Origin: Sporopachydermia quercuum
Lineage: Eukaryota
DNA length: 64,000 nt
NCBI GenBank assembly: GCA_001599295.1
Contig: BCGN01000003.1
Span: 1,426,001-1,490,000 of the forward strand
Reading direction: 5' to 3'
The notes beneath the pieces were generated by a model that made no database searches, was not told where the DNA came from, and worked only from the letters and a program-made list of their open reading frames with translations. Numbering within the stretch: position 1 is the first letter of the stretch; every line of letters begins with the position of its first letter. Shown here in pieces: positions 10,586-22,431 of the stretch. A program made the position numbers and the translations under genes.

Positions 10586-12217
10586 ATGAAGATCGCATCT
10601 TTTTTGATCCTTGCAGCTGCTGGAATGGCTGCTGCTTCGATTAAGGTCGCTAAGGATGGATCTAAAGTAATCAATTTAGAATTGGAACCAAAACTTAGAC
10701 CAGTTACTCCTAAATTCGCAAGGGCACATTCTTTGGAAAGAAGAGATGGGTCTTTTGTCGATGTTGTTCTCGATAATCAACAAAACTTTTATTACTCCAC
10801 CAATCTGTCAGTTGGCAGTAACGGGGACCGAGTAACAGTTTTGGTTGATACTGGATCATCTGATTTGTGGGTTCCTTCATCCGAAGATCCTTACTGTCAA
10901 ATAGCAAGCTTTAGACAGCAATGTGAAATTTGGGGTACATTTGATGCTGAAAAGTCAAGTTCGTTTTCAGCAAATAACAGTGCTCCAGAATTTTACATTC
11001 AATATGGGGATCTCACCTTTGCACAAGGTATCTGGGGAACTGATTCAGTGGAAATTGGTGATGTAACACTTACCGATTTCTCATTTGCTGTAGCTACTAC
11101 AACCAATTCTACGCAAAGTGTTCTTGGTATTGGCTATGCAGCTGGAGAAATGACTAATCTACGTATTCCCTCCGGTGGATCATCCAGTGATCTTTATACT
11201 TACGCAAATCTTCCAGTAGCTTTGGTTGAAGAGGGATTTATCAACTCGAATGCTTATTCTCTTTATCTCAATAGTAACACCTCTGCTACAGGATCTGTTC
11301 TTTTTGGGGCAGTTGATCATGCAAAGTATGAAGGTACACTCTCAACGTTGAAAGTTGTGAATCCTTATGCAGCACAAGTTGACTCACCGGTTCGTCTACA
11401 GGTCACTTTAAATGATCTATCTATCAGTGACCAATTCAACATTTTAAATTCACCTCTTCCTGTTCTTCTTGACTCCGGTACATCTTATAGTTACCTTCCA
11501 AGCACAATAATCGCTGCTATGGACCGATTCTTTGATGGTCTTTATGTTGACTCTCTTGCTGCCTATGTCATAAGTTGTGATGATGCAAATGCCAACACAT
11601 TGCAGTTCAACTTGACAGGTGTCACCGTGGATATTCCTTTCTCTAGCTTCACTACCGCACTTTATACTACAAGAGGCTATGTTGTTACTCTAGATAATGG
11701 TGATCCAGCTTGTGTAGTCAATATACAAGATTCATCCACTGTTGGTCTTCCAATTCTTGGTATAAATTTCCTTAGATATGTTTATGCCGTTTTTGATTTG
11801 GATAATAACGAAATCTCAATTGCCAATGCCATCTTCGATGTTGAAGATGAAGATATTGAAACAATTGCGAAAGGACCCAGCGGTGTTCCTTCTGCAACTG
11901 ATGCTCCGTACATTTCAGCAACATATTCTGGTTCAATGTCATCAGATTTCTCCGTTGGTTTTGGTGGTTTTTATGACCCTGCTACTAGTTATGATAACAG
12001 TGCCATTNTTGGTACTACAACTGATGGTGAGAGTACCCTTACAGATGGAACTGGGGCCGAAACCACTACTTCTGACACAACGACTGATTTTGACCCCAAT
12101 TCTGATTCTGGAAGTACAAGTGGTGACGCTGGTGCTTTGGTTACTGTTGACACCACATATATTTATGGGTCATTCGGAGGTTTGGCGTTAATATTTGGTC
12201 TGGGATTATTCGTTTAA
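10586..12217 (+). CDS. Yapsin-like GPI-anchored aspartyl protease (pepsin family A1)
   Basis: ATG 10586 starts a signal peptide MKIASFLILAAAGMAAA. Dibasic pro-site LERR, catalytic DTGSSDLW and DSGTSY, Ser/Thr-rich stalk and hydrophobic C-terminal GPI-type signal. Confidence 0.9.
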   Translation: MKIASFLILAAAGMAAASIKVAKDGSKVINLELEPKLRPVTPKFARAHSLERRDGSFVDVVLDNQQNFYYSTNLSVGSNGDRVTVLVDTGSSDLWVPSSEDPYCQIASFRQQCEIWGTFDAEKSSSFSANNSAPEFYIQYGDLTFAQGIWGTDSVEIGDVTLTDFSFAVATTTNSTQSVLGIGYAAGEMTNLRIPSGGSSSDLYTYANLPVALVEEGFINSNAYSLYLNSNTSATGSVLFGAVDHAKYEGTLSTLKVVNPYAAQVDSPVRLQVTLNDLSISDQFNILNSPLPVLLDSGTSYSYLPSTIIAAMDRFFDGLYVDSLAAYVISCDDANANTLQFNLTGVTVDIPFSSFTTALYTTRGYVVTLDNGDPACVVNIQDSSTVGLPILGINFLRYVYAVFDLDNNEISIANAIFDVEDEDIETIAKGPSGVPSATDAPYISATYSGSMSSDFSVGFGGFYDPATSYDNSAIXGTTTDGESTLTDGTGAETTTSDTTTDFDPNSDSGSTSGDAGALVTVDTTYIYGSFGGLALIFGLGLFV

Positions 12218-15200
12218 AAGTATGCTTACACATATATTTGATTTGAATCTTAAGAATGATTGTTTCACTTTCTAGATTGGATTAATGACTTCATATCTAT
12301 TTAGGGGTTCATTATTTTATTTTCGAATTTTGAGTAAAGTCATTCTTATTAATCGTAGTTAGTGTAGTCGTATAGTTTGAGTTCCATTGTTTTGTTGGGT
12401 AACTTTTTCTTAGTAAGCTTGTAGACGTAGTTTCCAATAAGCTAATTACATACAACATCCTGGCTTAGAAAAAAACAGAAATCCTTTGAGTAGAACTATC
12501 TGGTCCACATATTGCCATGCTTTTCTAACTCGTTCGCTCAATTACTCATTCTCTCGTATGATTTTTTCATCCTCTTTAGAAAACACTTCCCTTTCTTATA
12601 GCGCAAAAACATTATGCTGTGACTATAATATCTACCATACTAAAAGCTCCTCTTGCCTACAAGTAAACCATCAAGCAGAAATGAACTTATAACCAAAATA
12701 CCTTATTTGGCTCGTTTTCATCTTTATTCATTCTTAAATTCAATTGTCAACTAAATAACAATTAAGTTAAACATCCTTCAGGAACAACCTTTTAACTTAT
12801 AGCTAAATAAACCATAATGAATTTTAGCCCCAACTTTATGTGGTGATCTAAATTCTGGTATAAACTCTTTTCTCAGTTGTTCAAAGCTTAATTACAGTAA
12901 GAAATTGAAATATCACGAACGAAAGAATAAACGAATTATTGTGGTACTGTTTCCAAGTATCACATTTTAATTATAAAAATCAACAGTTGATCCCACTTGC
13001 AATTCAAATTAGAGATGAAAGATTTATTCTGTATTTCTCGTTTGTGGTTGACATATGAAGCAGAAACATTGGTTAATCGGAGTTCACCGAACACAAAGTA
13101 GGTATCGAAAGTTTTTGAAGACTTCACACAAGATACCTACCTGCATATGTAAGACAAATATTGTTTTATAATATCATTCAGTATATATAATGAATGTAGT
13201 CTTCAATTCTCACTCTTTACCAACAAAGTATACATTAAATCAAGTCAATAGTAGGAAAATTNCATTTGAAGATCCAAGCTCAATATTTTACTGCGTTTGG
13301 TTCAGGGCGAAATTCGCACTTCATACATTAGCGAAAGAAAATATGTATCTTGAAAACACCATTGATCGTACTCGTAAGGGAATTTAAGGGAGAACAGTTT
13401 TTTTTGTGACTGGTTTATAAATCTACTTTGATCGTTTACAAAACAGAAAATTAACAGCATATGATAGGTGTAGCTTAGCACCATAAAATCCAGTCTGTTC
13501 ATCTATACTCCGAAAAACTATCAATTGCGACAGTCGTATTGAGTACTTATCGCCATTCATTGTTTCGAACGGTAACAGCCGACCAAGTCCTTTTGAAAAA
13601 AAAGTTTGAAATATTAAATTCGTTAGCATTAAATACAATTATGGTTTGCTGCTACCTGTTTAGTTGTAAATGTTTTAGCTTCAAGACCTTACTTTTATTT
13701 AAGATCTGANTAGAGACTGGTAAAGTTTCAACGGTAGATGAGATGAAAGGTTACTTATTTATGCAAAAAGAAACAACAAAGACAGACTCAAATTCAAATG
13801 AAATGAANGAAAAGAGATTTTCCAACGTTTACTCTACAGCTTGAACTTTTGGTTCGCTGAATTCTCTCTTTCTAATACCTGGAATATTTTGTGCACTGTT
13901 GCTGAGATCTGGCAAACGTTATAGAAAGATATTATGATTTGAAGACAGAATTTTGTGATAACTTTTTGAAGCTTTATGAGTCCGATGGTTCTAACTTTGT
14001 TGAGATTCCATATTTGATCATGCAACAACAAGAATCTCCTTTTTCTCAACCGTTAAAAATCATTGTTCTTTCGATAAAGGATGAATAAAAATGCATCAGC
14101 AAGACACTGAATTGCCGAGAATTAATGATTAGGTTATAGTCCTTGAGATTCAACCTTAAAATCCACTTAAGGTGGAAGGTTAATTGCTCTTTGAAAGGGT
14201 CTGGTTGATTAGTTCTTGAATCGCTTTGTTTTGGGTGTCGTGTATAGTAAAAAGGAGGATTTGACACTATATATCTTCATGACTAAGCAGAATAAGGATT
14301 TATATACTTCATATAGTTATAATCATGTTGGTGAACACAGGATACTTAAAGTAGAAGAGCTTATATGAACGACTTCCATGTTTGTTTAAGCAAATAAGTT
14401 TGTATTCAAGTGGCAACTTTATATATGAAGCCATGAATACTCGTACAAAGTTTAAAAGCTTCACTTAGGAAATTAAGGAACTTAAGCTTAATTTGAAACT
14501 TTTTTTCTCACTGTTTGCCTGTCCAAGGATGGCAGTTTCTTGAGAACCCAGGGAAGACTTTATATAGATATTAGTATGTTCTTTCACTATCGAATTAACA
14601 ATTATGACAATCAATTGTAATCCAAATACCGTGATCTTTAATGTTCTAGTACCTTGTTGTAATAAACTCATGTCACTGTAGGCTCAAGTAGTCCCTCAAA
14701 TAAACCGTTAGGAAAACCAGACACCTGGCTTGGAGGCTATGGTTATATATAATGCTTCCCTACATATAAGCCTCCATTTTACAATTATTAAACACCAGTA
14801 GACATATTTTAGTGTCGAGAACTCTGTTCGAATGTATTTCAACTGATCTGTAGACGTGATAATATACCATTAATCCAAACCAGTTCATTTACGAGGCCTA
14901 ATACCTCAATGGGATAACATTCTTCCGATTAATAATATATATTATATTTTTTCAACCGCCGTTTATTAATTTACATTTCAGCAACCTCTTTCATATCGTG
15001 AGGACGACATCTCAAAATTATAGTTCGGTTCCAACAGTTTTGTTCCTTCATTAAGATGTACTTTGATATAAAAGGTTCATTATTTCTGTTTCTTTGATGA
15101 AAGTATGAAGTGTTACAAGATACCGATGTCCTACTGATAACTGCTAAGGAAATAGAACTATTGATTTCAATTATCCGAAAGCTATCGTCATATAACAAAA

Positions 15201-18200
15201 TTTTCCCTACTATGTGCCATCCATCATCTAGCTAGTTATTGTACACGACTCTACATGACATCACAAGAAAACGATTTATTTAGTTAGTTTAAATTAGACC
15301 AAACATAATGGAGAAATTCGAGAACCCTCATTGGATTTAAATACATTTTTTCTCATGTGTATGAAGAATATTCGTATGAATAGAACTCCTTCCTTGAGCT
15401 ATCTATCTTATGCAATTCCAGACCAACAAGAGAGCTGTATTTCATTGAAGAACCATGATATGTCAGGCCAGATTGAATGATATAGTAGTGACTCAATATC
15501 TATTGTTATGATACAAACCGATCCAACGACAGTTCTTCCATAAAGTTTAAGTCTTATCATTTCAATTATTTCAATGTTTGAGCCAGAGAGTGCATTGATA
15601 CTCATATCTTAATCCTGATAGAACTCGCCTTTATTATTCTTAAGACTATTTCAAACTTCCCAAATTCATGTTGAGTAGTTCATTGAGTAGTTCATTACTT
15701 TAAGTAACGCGGGTAAAGTTTACATTTAAGATTAGGGTTCACCGAAAAGTTAAAAATTACCTGAGAGATTTAAGATTCATTTTTATTTCCAACTTTCAAC
15801 AGGCTTAACTTAAATAATAATAATACTGTTGGCAACATATTACAAGGCAATACGTAAATGTAGAACGAGATTCAGAATTAGTCACCGGATTAAATGCTTT
15901 TTCAATAATCGATATATTCGACGGAAGCATATCTTCTAAATATTAACCTTCTTCAATTCGAATCATGTGAATCAATTTAGTGTTTGATTACAAAAGAGTA
16001 CTTCCTTTTCTATAGTAAAAGTCGTTGAATTCACAACCCCCAATCTTATATAAGCTCTCAACTGAACTTTCCAACCTCACATACTGAAAATATGAAGTTA
16101 GTTTAGACAACTTCATATTTAGTTGCATCTACTCTTTAACTTAAATGCTTGTATTTTCAGGGCCGTTGCAGACATTTGGTACCAGGTATGGAAATACATC
16201 AAAAGATTCTTGAACATATAGTTGAGTAGTTCTCAGATTTTCGTGGTAATTCACTACCTGATTTGCTATTCATGTATAATACTCAATTGAGTTCATAATA
16301 GGATCTGCCATAGAGCAGAAAAATGCATTGAAGGGACTCTTCGCTTGAACAGTCGACCTATAAGCAGACTATTGTACACTGGTATGGAAATGTACGATTT
16401 TTCGATTACCAGCAGACAAGGTGCGAATAAAAAAAGAGCATTATTTGTTATACATTAATATGAATATGAAAAGCATCCTACTTGATTTTGAACTTGAAAT
16501 GTACCATTTGCGCCTTTGGTCTATAACCAGATTTTAACTGCTGTATTCCAGAAGTTAATTTTTTGCGTGTTACTCCATCCAGGATTTACGCAGTGTGCTT
16601 TATTTTACCGTCCAAGTATATCCTGGTTGAATTCTCGCAATCGATGACGCTTTCTCAAAGATTTTAATTGGCTTCCCTTCATATATTGTCTATAGTCAAT
16701 AGTAGTTTAATGTATTGTTTTACTATGATCGTCTGTCGACAATCTTTAACTTGTGCGTATTAGTAGCTGTTTACACTCGTTCTATCCTTCCCATTCATAG
16801 GCAGATAAAATAGTGTTCTTNTGATCTAAAGTTTAGCTGAGTTAAACTCCCAATCTTATTTTAATGAAGATCTTAGTATTGACTTTCGTAACACCTCCCA
16901 GTCGCAGCAGGAGATGAGCCTAATACATTTTGGACGAAACATTAAGCAGCAGTAACCAAGAAATCTAAAAAGTAAATCAAATGGAATTAGGATGCTACGC
17001 TATATAGAAGTTTTTATACAGTATATTCCTTTTCATATAGCTGTCCTAAAAAGTAACGAACTGTGAAAGTATAAGAGACACGATCACCCGAAAGACACAC
17101 CCAACAGATACCTGTGGTATGATATGAGATACATATTTTTCTTCAGTCAAAATTCCCGAACCATTGGAAGTAGCATTAATAACCAAATTCGAATCTATTT
17201 ACGAATATATTCCTTTACAATGCCGTAGTAGTAATGCTGGATACCTGAACAGTTAGTAATTTCTTACCTCCGAAAACTAAATAACCCAGACCATATAAGG
17301 GGCTGAGGGCGTTAGACCCTTTCTACTGAAACCTTGTTTTGGCTCAAAAACAAGGTTTCAATGTTTATTTCAATATCCCTCCCAAAACATGACCATTTAG
17401 GTTCTAAGTTTAGAGCAAATGTTAACCTTGTTTGCTTTCGGATGGNTATTCTCATCCTTAGATCATTTGGGTTAAGCTTTATGGATTCAATTTGTTTAAG
17501 ACAAATCCTAATTATGACTTTGGAACGATGGATATTCAAGCCCTGATACATCAAATAAACTATCTCAACGAACATGCAATAATTAAGGGTTTCATACAAT
17601 GAATCAACAATCGAAGAATACAGGATNCTGTGGAGATATAATAGTTTTTCGCGTTGGAAAAAGGTAATTGATCCAATTCTAAGTCACAGCGACAGAACTT
17701 TAATGGTAAGCCAAGTTGACTTGGTCCTTCGAATTACTCACTAGTTCTACTTAATGAAATACATATTAACTGGGTGTATCGGCATTGTATCAATAAGACT
17801 TTCCTACTTCGTAGAATAAATATAGCGTTAGTAATCAAAAGTAGTCAATTCATAAATTGAACCGATGGTAAACAACTGAGACTTGACATTACTTTCGACA
17901 ATTCCAGCACAACAAAGGGCATCACGTTTGCTTGAATATCATGACAAGACATTTGTCAATCGTTACTTCTCAAACTGGCAAATAAAAACCATTATTCAAT
18001 CCAGTAATCCCTGCGTTTCATTTTATCAGCTATTGTTATTTGATTAACACGCCCCTTGTTGATAAATTGTATAATCTGTTTTGATGTTTGATTGAAACGA
18101 AATTTGCTCTTTCGAACTTTTTAGGTACATCTCGTTTAAGGTTTGTTCGTCAATGTTTATTAAGTACATTCTCGGAATGTGCGTNCTTTCAACAGTTGGA

Positions 18201-18390
18201 TAGGAGTTCAACTAATTGTTTTAATACTTTCTAATAAAGTTAATCGTACATTTAAATACTACTAGTATTTTCACTGGATATAGGTTGATTACTAAGTTAC
18301 AAAATCTTTCCGTCACCAGAAGCTTTAGAAACAATAAGTAACAAAGAGAAAATCACCAATTTGAAGAAAAAGGAATTTCTAGTCTTTAAA

Positions 18391-18759
18391 GTATGTTGTC
18401 ATACATGCCAAGTGTTTAAACCTTAACTCTAATACATGTAAACGGGTTGTGTTTATTTTTAAAGTGTGCACTAAAATTTCTAGTAAGTTTCTGATTGTTT
18501 CTTCTAAACTTAAGCTTAAATTGTTCATAAAGATGGGAATCTCTCCTTTTCTTCCTCTTTATGGTTTATATTTGTAAACTGTCTCTCTTTCTCTTCTTTG
18601 TTACTTTGATATAAATTAAACTGAATCAAATTAGTTAATTGATATATTTATATATTCTTCGATTTGTCAATTTGTTTAACTCCAGACCTTTCTTCAATTT
18701 CATAGTTACTGGTTTTAATCTCTGTTTTCGCTTGAATTCACTAACAATCCTTGTACTAG
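18391..18759 (+). other. Probable 5'UTR intron of the WOR1-like gene (donor 18391 or 18483)
   Basis: CACTAAC then TAG at 18759 (alternative TAG 18763), about 30 nt before the ATG. Candidate donors GTATGT(18391) and GTAAGT(18483). Confidence 0.55.
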
Positions 18760-18788
18760 GTAGATCAACCAAATGCTATTTAGTAAAA

Positions 18789-20210
18789 ATGCCTTATAGT
18801 ACGAACTCGAAGATTGTTCCAACCTTTTTTGGTTATGTTGCCACTACCAAAGATGCTTTACTCTTAATTCAAGCGACCTTGAATGAAACTATACCACTTG
18901 TTCCCAGAAGACCTCATGACAGGGAAAGGGGCGACCTTATTAAGTCCGGTAATGTTTTCATTTTCAGTGAAGAAAAATCAGGAATTAAGCGGTGGACTGA
19001 TGGTGTATCTTGGTCACCAAGTAGAATCTTAGGAAGATTTTTGGTGTATCGTGAATTAGATTCTGCTGCCGCTGGTGAAAAATCAAAAAAGACTAATGAA
19101 GAAAAGGATAAGAAACCAACTATCAATAGTAATGGCTCTANTGATCTGCCTGGTAACGCTAATATGAACAGAGAACTTGTTGGTTCTTTAGTTTCTTCCT
19201 ATGCATTCAAAGATCATGGATTGGTAAAGAAGACTCTATCAATCACTATAAATAGACCTGAACCAGAAACTGTTCATATGGTTTCTTATTACTGCGCTGA
19301 AGATGTTTTGGCCAATAAGTTGATCAAACCTATCGATAGTGAAGAATTAAGAGATGTTAAGATCTCTAACGAATTATGGATGGCTGTTAAGGAAACTGGT
19401 ATTGGCGCAAAGAATGCCGGTGAAGAAGAAAATAATATCGGAACTAATACTCCCATGATGGGTGCTGGTGGTGCTCAAGGCCACTTAATTGCTGATGGTA
19501 GCCATGATTATTCTACTGTTGGTCCTCATGATTTAAATGCAGCTTACCAAATGAAACCAGACGCCATGTCAGGTTATCCATATCAAGTTCCTCAACCAAT
19601 TCAACTCGTCCGACAGCCAATGACTCAACCTTATCCTCCAGGAAAGTCTTATGCCTACCCAGGAATGTACCAGCCTTATGGCCCTCAAGGTCAGGTATAT
19701 GGACATGATATGTATAACACTGGTGCTGGTTTAGCTTATGCACAACAATCACAAGGAACTCAAAATAAGTTACCATCACAAGGTACCCAAGGACAAGGGC
19801 AAGCACAAGCTGCTCAGGGTCAACAATCAACACCAAATATTCAGCAACCCCAATTACAACAAGGATCCACGGAAACCCCTACTAATACTTCAGGGAATGC
19901 AGCAACTAATACAAATGCTTCCAATATGGTTCGTCCTATTTCTAGCATCGGTGGCATGTCACAAGGATTGCCCCAACCTGGTGAATTGCACCGGCACACT
20001 GGGTATGTTCCTCATTATGATCCTTCTGGTCAAGCTTATTCTAGGACTAATATGCCTTATACGAGTATGTCATCTAACATAGCTGCTAATTCTGGTAGAA
20101 TTGGTACAGGAAGTTATTCATCAGCATACGGCAACTTTGATGAAAACGCCTATGCTCAACAATATCATCTACAACAACAAAATCAGTACCAAAGTGGTTC
20201 TCACCCTTGA
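18789..20210 (+). CDS. WOR1: WOPR (Gti1/Pac2 family) transcription factor, Wor1/Mit1/Ryp1 subfamily
   Basis: WOPRa (PTFFGYVATTKDALL...RRPHDRER..IKSGNVF..SGIKRWTDGVSWSPSRILGRFLVYREL) and WOPRb (LVGSLVSSYAFKDHGLVKKTLS..HMVSYY), followed by a Q/G/Y/N-rich C-terminus. First ATG is 18789. Confidence 0.9.
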   Translation: MPYSTNSKIVPTFFGYVATTKDALLLIQATLNETIPLVPRRPHDRERGDLIKSGNVFIFSEEKSGIKRWTDGVSWSPSRILGRFLVYRELDSAAAGEKSKKTNEEKDKKPTINSNGSXDLPGNANMNRELVGSLVSSYAFKDHGLVKKTLSITINRPEPETVHMVSYYCAEDVLANKLIKPIDSEELRDVKISNELWMAVKETGIGAKNAGEEENNIGTNTPMMGAGGAQGHLIADGSHDYSTVGPHDLNAAYQMKPDAMSGYPYQVPQPIQLVRQPMTQPYPPGKSYAYPGMYQPYGPQGQVYGHDMYNTGAGLAYAQQSQGTQNKLPSQGTQGQGQAQAAQGQQSTPNIQQPQLQQGSTETPTNTSGNAATNTNASNMVRPISSIGGMSQGLPQPGELHRHTGYVPHYDPSGQAYSRTNMPYTSMSSNIAANSGRIGTGSYSSAYGNFDENAYAQQYHLQQQNQYQSGSHP

Positions 20211-21599
20211 AGATAATTTTATCATAATATCTTAACTGTATCTTATATTGCCTTGCTCTATTTCCTTTGAATATTGATGAGTTTGTATTTTTAAGCAAAG
20301 TAATGCTAATGCTTGATTTTATAGTTCTATTTTTCTATTTATGTTACTACTATTCTTGTATCACTTATATATTAATATAATATCAGCTGTTTGGTAATTT
20401 ATCTAGGATTTACACCTGTTAACGTTATTCCGTGGATTCTCTCTAATCTTCATTTTCAATTCCAGTTAATTATTAGTTGGATTTGAATCTGGATTCTCTA
20501 AATTGCTGTCAATTTTTTATAAATAGAGTAGGCTGTATGAATTGCTCTAAATTTAATTCATGATCCATGTACTGGATTCAGAGATTATTGCTTGCGAAAG
20601 GAACTCATACTAGTTGACTGCTTTGATATTTCTTCCACTACTGAACTGAAACGGATTTACTTAAACATCTAATCTTATTTCATACTTCTTACAAATACTT
20701 TATCAACGGTTCCTGACATGCTCTTCTTGTCATCAATCAAGTTTCCATTATTCGGCAAATGATATTATTTAAACCGTTTGATAAACTCTCAACTATGAAA
20801 TACGAAACTCTATTGAATAGGATTTAGAATTTATGTTTAGCTTATGACTGAATTATTACGAATCATTAAGTTAAGCTTACGTCTTTGGCTACAAGTACAC
20901 TATTGAAAAGATACCTGACTGTTAAGCGCTCATGGAAACATGAAGATTGTTCCATTTAAGACCAGTTTTCAGCAGTCACCACTTAGCTAATGAAATTTCC
21001 TCTAAATGTTAAGAATACAGGAGTTTAGTATTCAAATATTAGCACCATAATATCATAAGAGGTGGCTCTACCAACAGAGATATTTGAGTTTCAATTAGAT
21101 TAAATCATCCAGAATCAGCGTTCACACCATGAAAATAAACACTCAAACCATAAACAAAGTCTAAATGCTTTTTTGAGGAAGGTTTTTGTTAGGTCTAATT
21201 TAAATTTTAGTAGTAAACTTTAAGTATCACCACATTATAAGTTTAAATGGAACGAGACCTGATGAGTCATGGGTAGGTAGAGTGTAGTTGAATGAAAATA
21301 GATTGGAACCAAATATAAATTTGCTGATTGAGACGAATATTATTTCTTGAGTCATAAGTACTGATCAAGAAATTACCTTTTTTTGTTTTAAGATGGTGAG
21401 AACGACACATTTGAATCAATTGCTAAAAATCCAATGCTTAGAAGGCAGTCACTGATTAGTAATGAACGAGTTATGATAACTAGGTCCACCGTAATATGTA
21501 TATATGTAACTATGAAACAATGAAAATAATGTGCAGTTTTTATTGAGTATGAATGAAGACATTTCATGATATTGCAATAAGGATATTTTACACAAAGTC

Positions 21600-22431
21600 T
21601 TACAAAACACCAGCTTCCTTAATCTTTTCAACAAAGGAGTCAATTGAGTCAACCTTGATTCCAGCTTGTCTTGTAGGTGGCTCAGAAACTTTCAAAGTCT
21701 CTAATCGTGGAGAAATATCAACGCCGAGATCTTCTGGCTTAAGCTTCTCAAGAGGCTTCTTCTTAGCCTTCATAATATTTGGAAGAGTTGTGTATCTGGG
21801 TTCATTCAATCGTAAATCGGTTGTGATAATCATTGGCAGTGGTGCAGATACAGTTTCTGAACCTCCATCAACCTCGCGGGTAACAGTCACCTTATTACCA
21901 GCAATCTCAACTTTGCTTGCATTAGTAGCCTAGCAGTAACAATTGTTAGTATATCCTTCAAAGAATAATTCAAACATAAAAACTTCAACATACCTGTGGC
22001 CATTTCAATAAACCGGCAAGAATTTGACCAGTTTGGTTAGCATCATCATCAATCGCTTGTTTTCCAAGAATAACTAATTGACTTCCTTGTTTTTCAACTG
22101 TCTTTTGTAAAATCTTAGCAACTGCTAAAGGTTCAACAATCTTTTCACCGACATCAACCAATGTAGCGCTATCAACACCTTTAGCCAAAGCAACTCTCAA
22201 TACTTCTTGTGCTTTAGTAGGACCAATGGAAATACTATGAATTGACTCAACCAATTCCTTGTTTCCTTCACGTATTCTCAATGCTTCTTCAACTGCAATA
22301 TCACAGAATGGATTAATACTGAATTTAACACCTTGTGTTTCAACTCCAGTGCCAGCCTTATTGATTCTAGGCTTGATGGCAAAATCAATTACCCTTTTGA
22401 CGGGCACAAGAATCTTTAACTTAGAAGACAT
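21600..22431 (-). CDS. CIR1: Electron transfer flavoprotein beta subunit; 2 exons 22431-21994 and 21929-21600
   Basis: [41 protein letters not shown]. Intron GTATGT(21993)..TACTAAC..TAG(21930) joins [11 protein letters not shown] and continues to DLRLNEPRY. Confidence 0.96.

Noticed and set aside
17245..17267. Minus-strand TACTAAC-TGTTCAG acceptor upstream of WOR1 (possible spliced lncRNA)
   Set aside because: The nearest donor gives an impossible 23-nt intron, other donors are weak, and one TACTAAC is expected by chance in 6 kb.
12486..17599. Short ORFs in the long intergenic region as genes or transposon remnants
   Set aside because: 60-95 aa, many without an ATG start, no domain motifs, and no LTR, gag/pol or transposase similarity seen.
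18639..18788. N-terminal extensions in the ORF track for WOR1 (also the protease 10508-10585, SAD1 4308, CIR1 22479)
   Set aside because: They rely on TTG/GTG starts. The downstream ATGs have A-rich context and match the family N-termini.
21260..21300. CTGATGA...GAAA hammerhead-like core and a perfect Gcn4 site ATGAGTCAT
   Set aside because: Stem II does not pair, and the site lies between convergent 3' ends.
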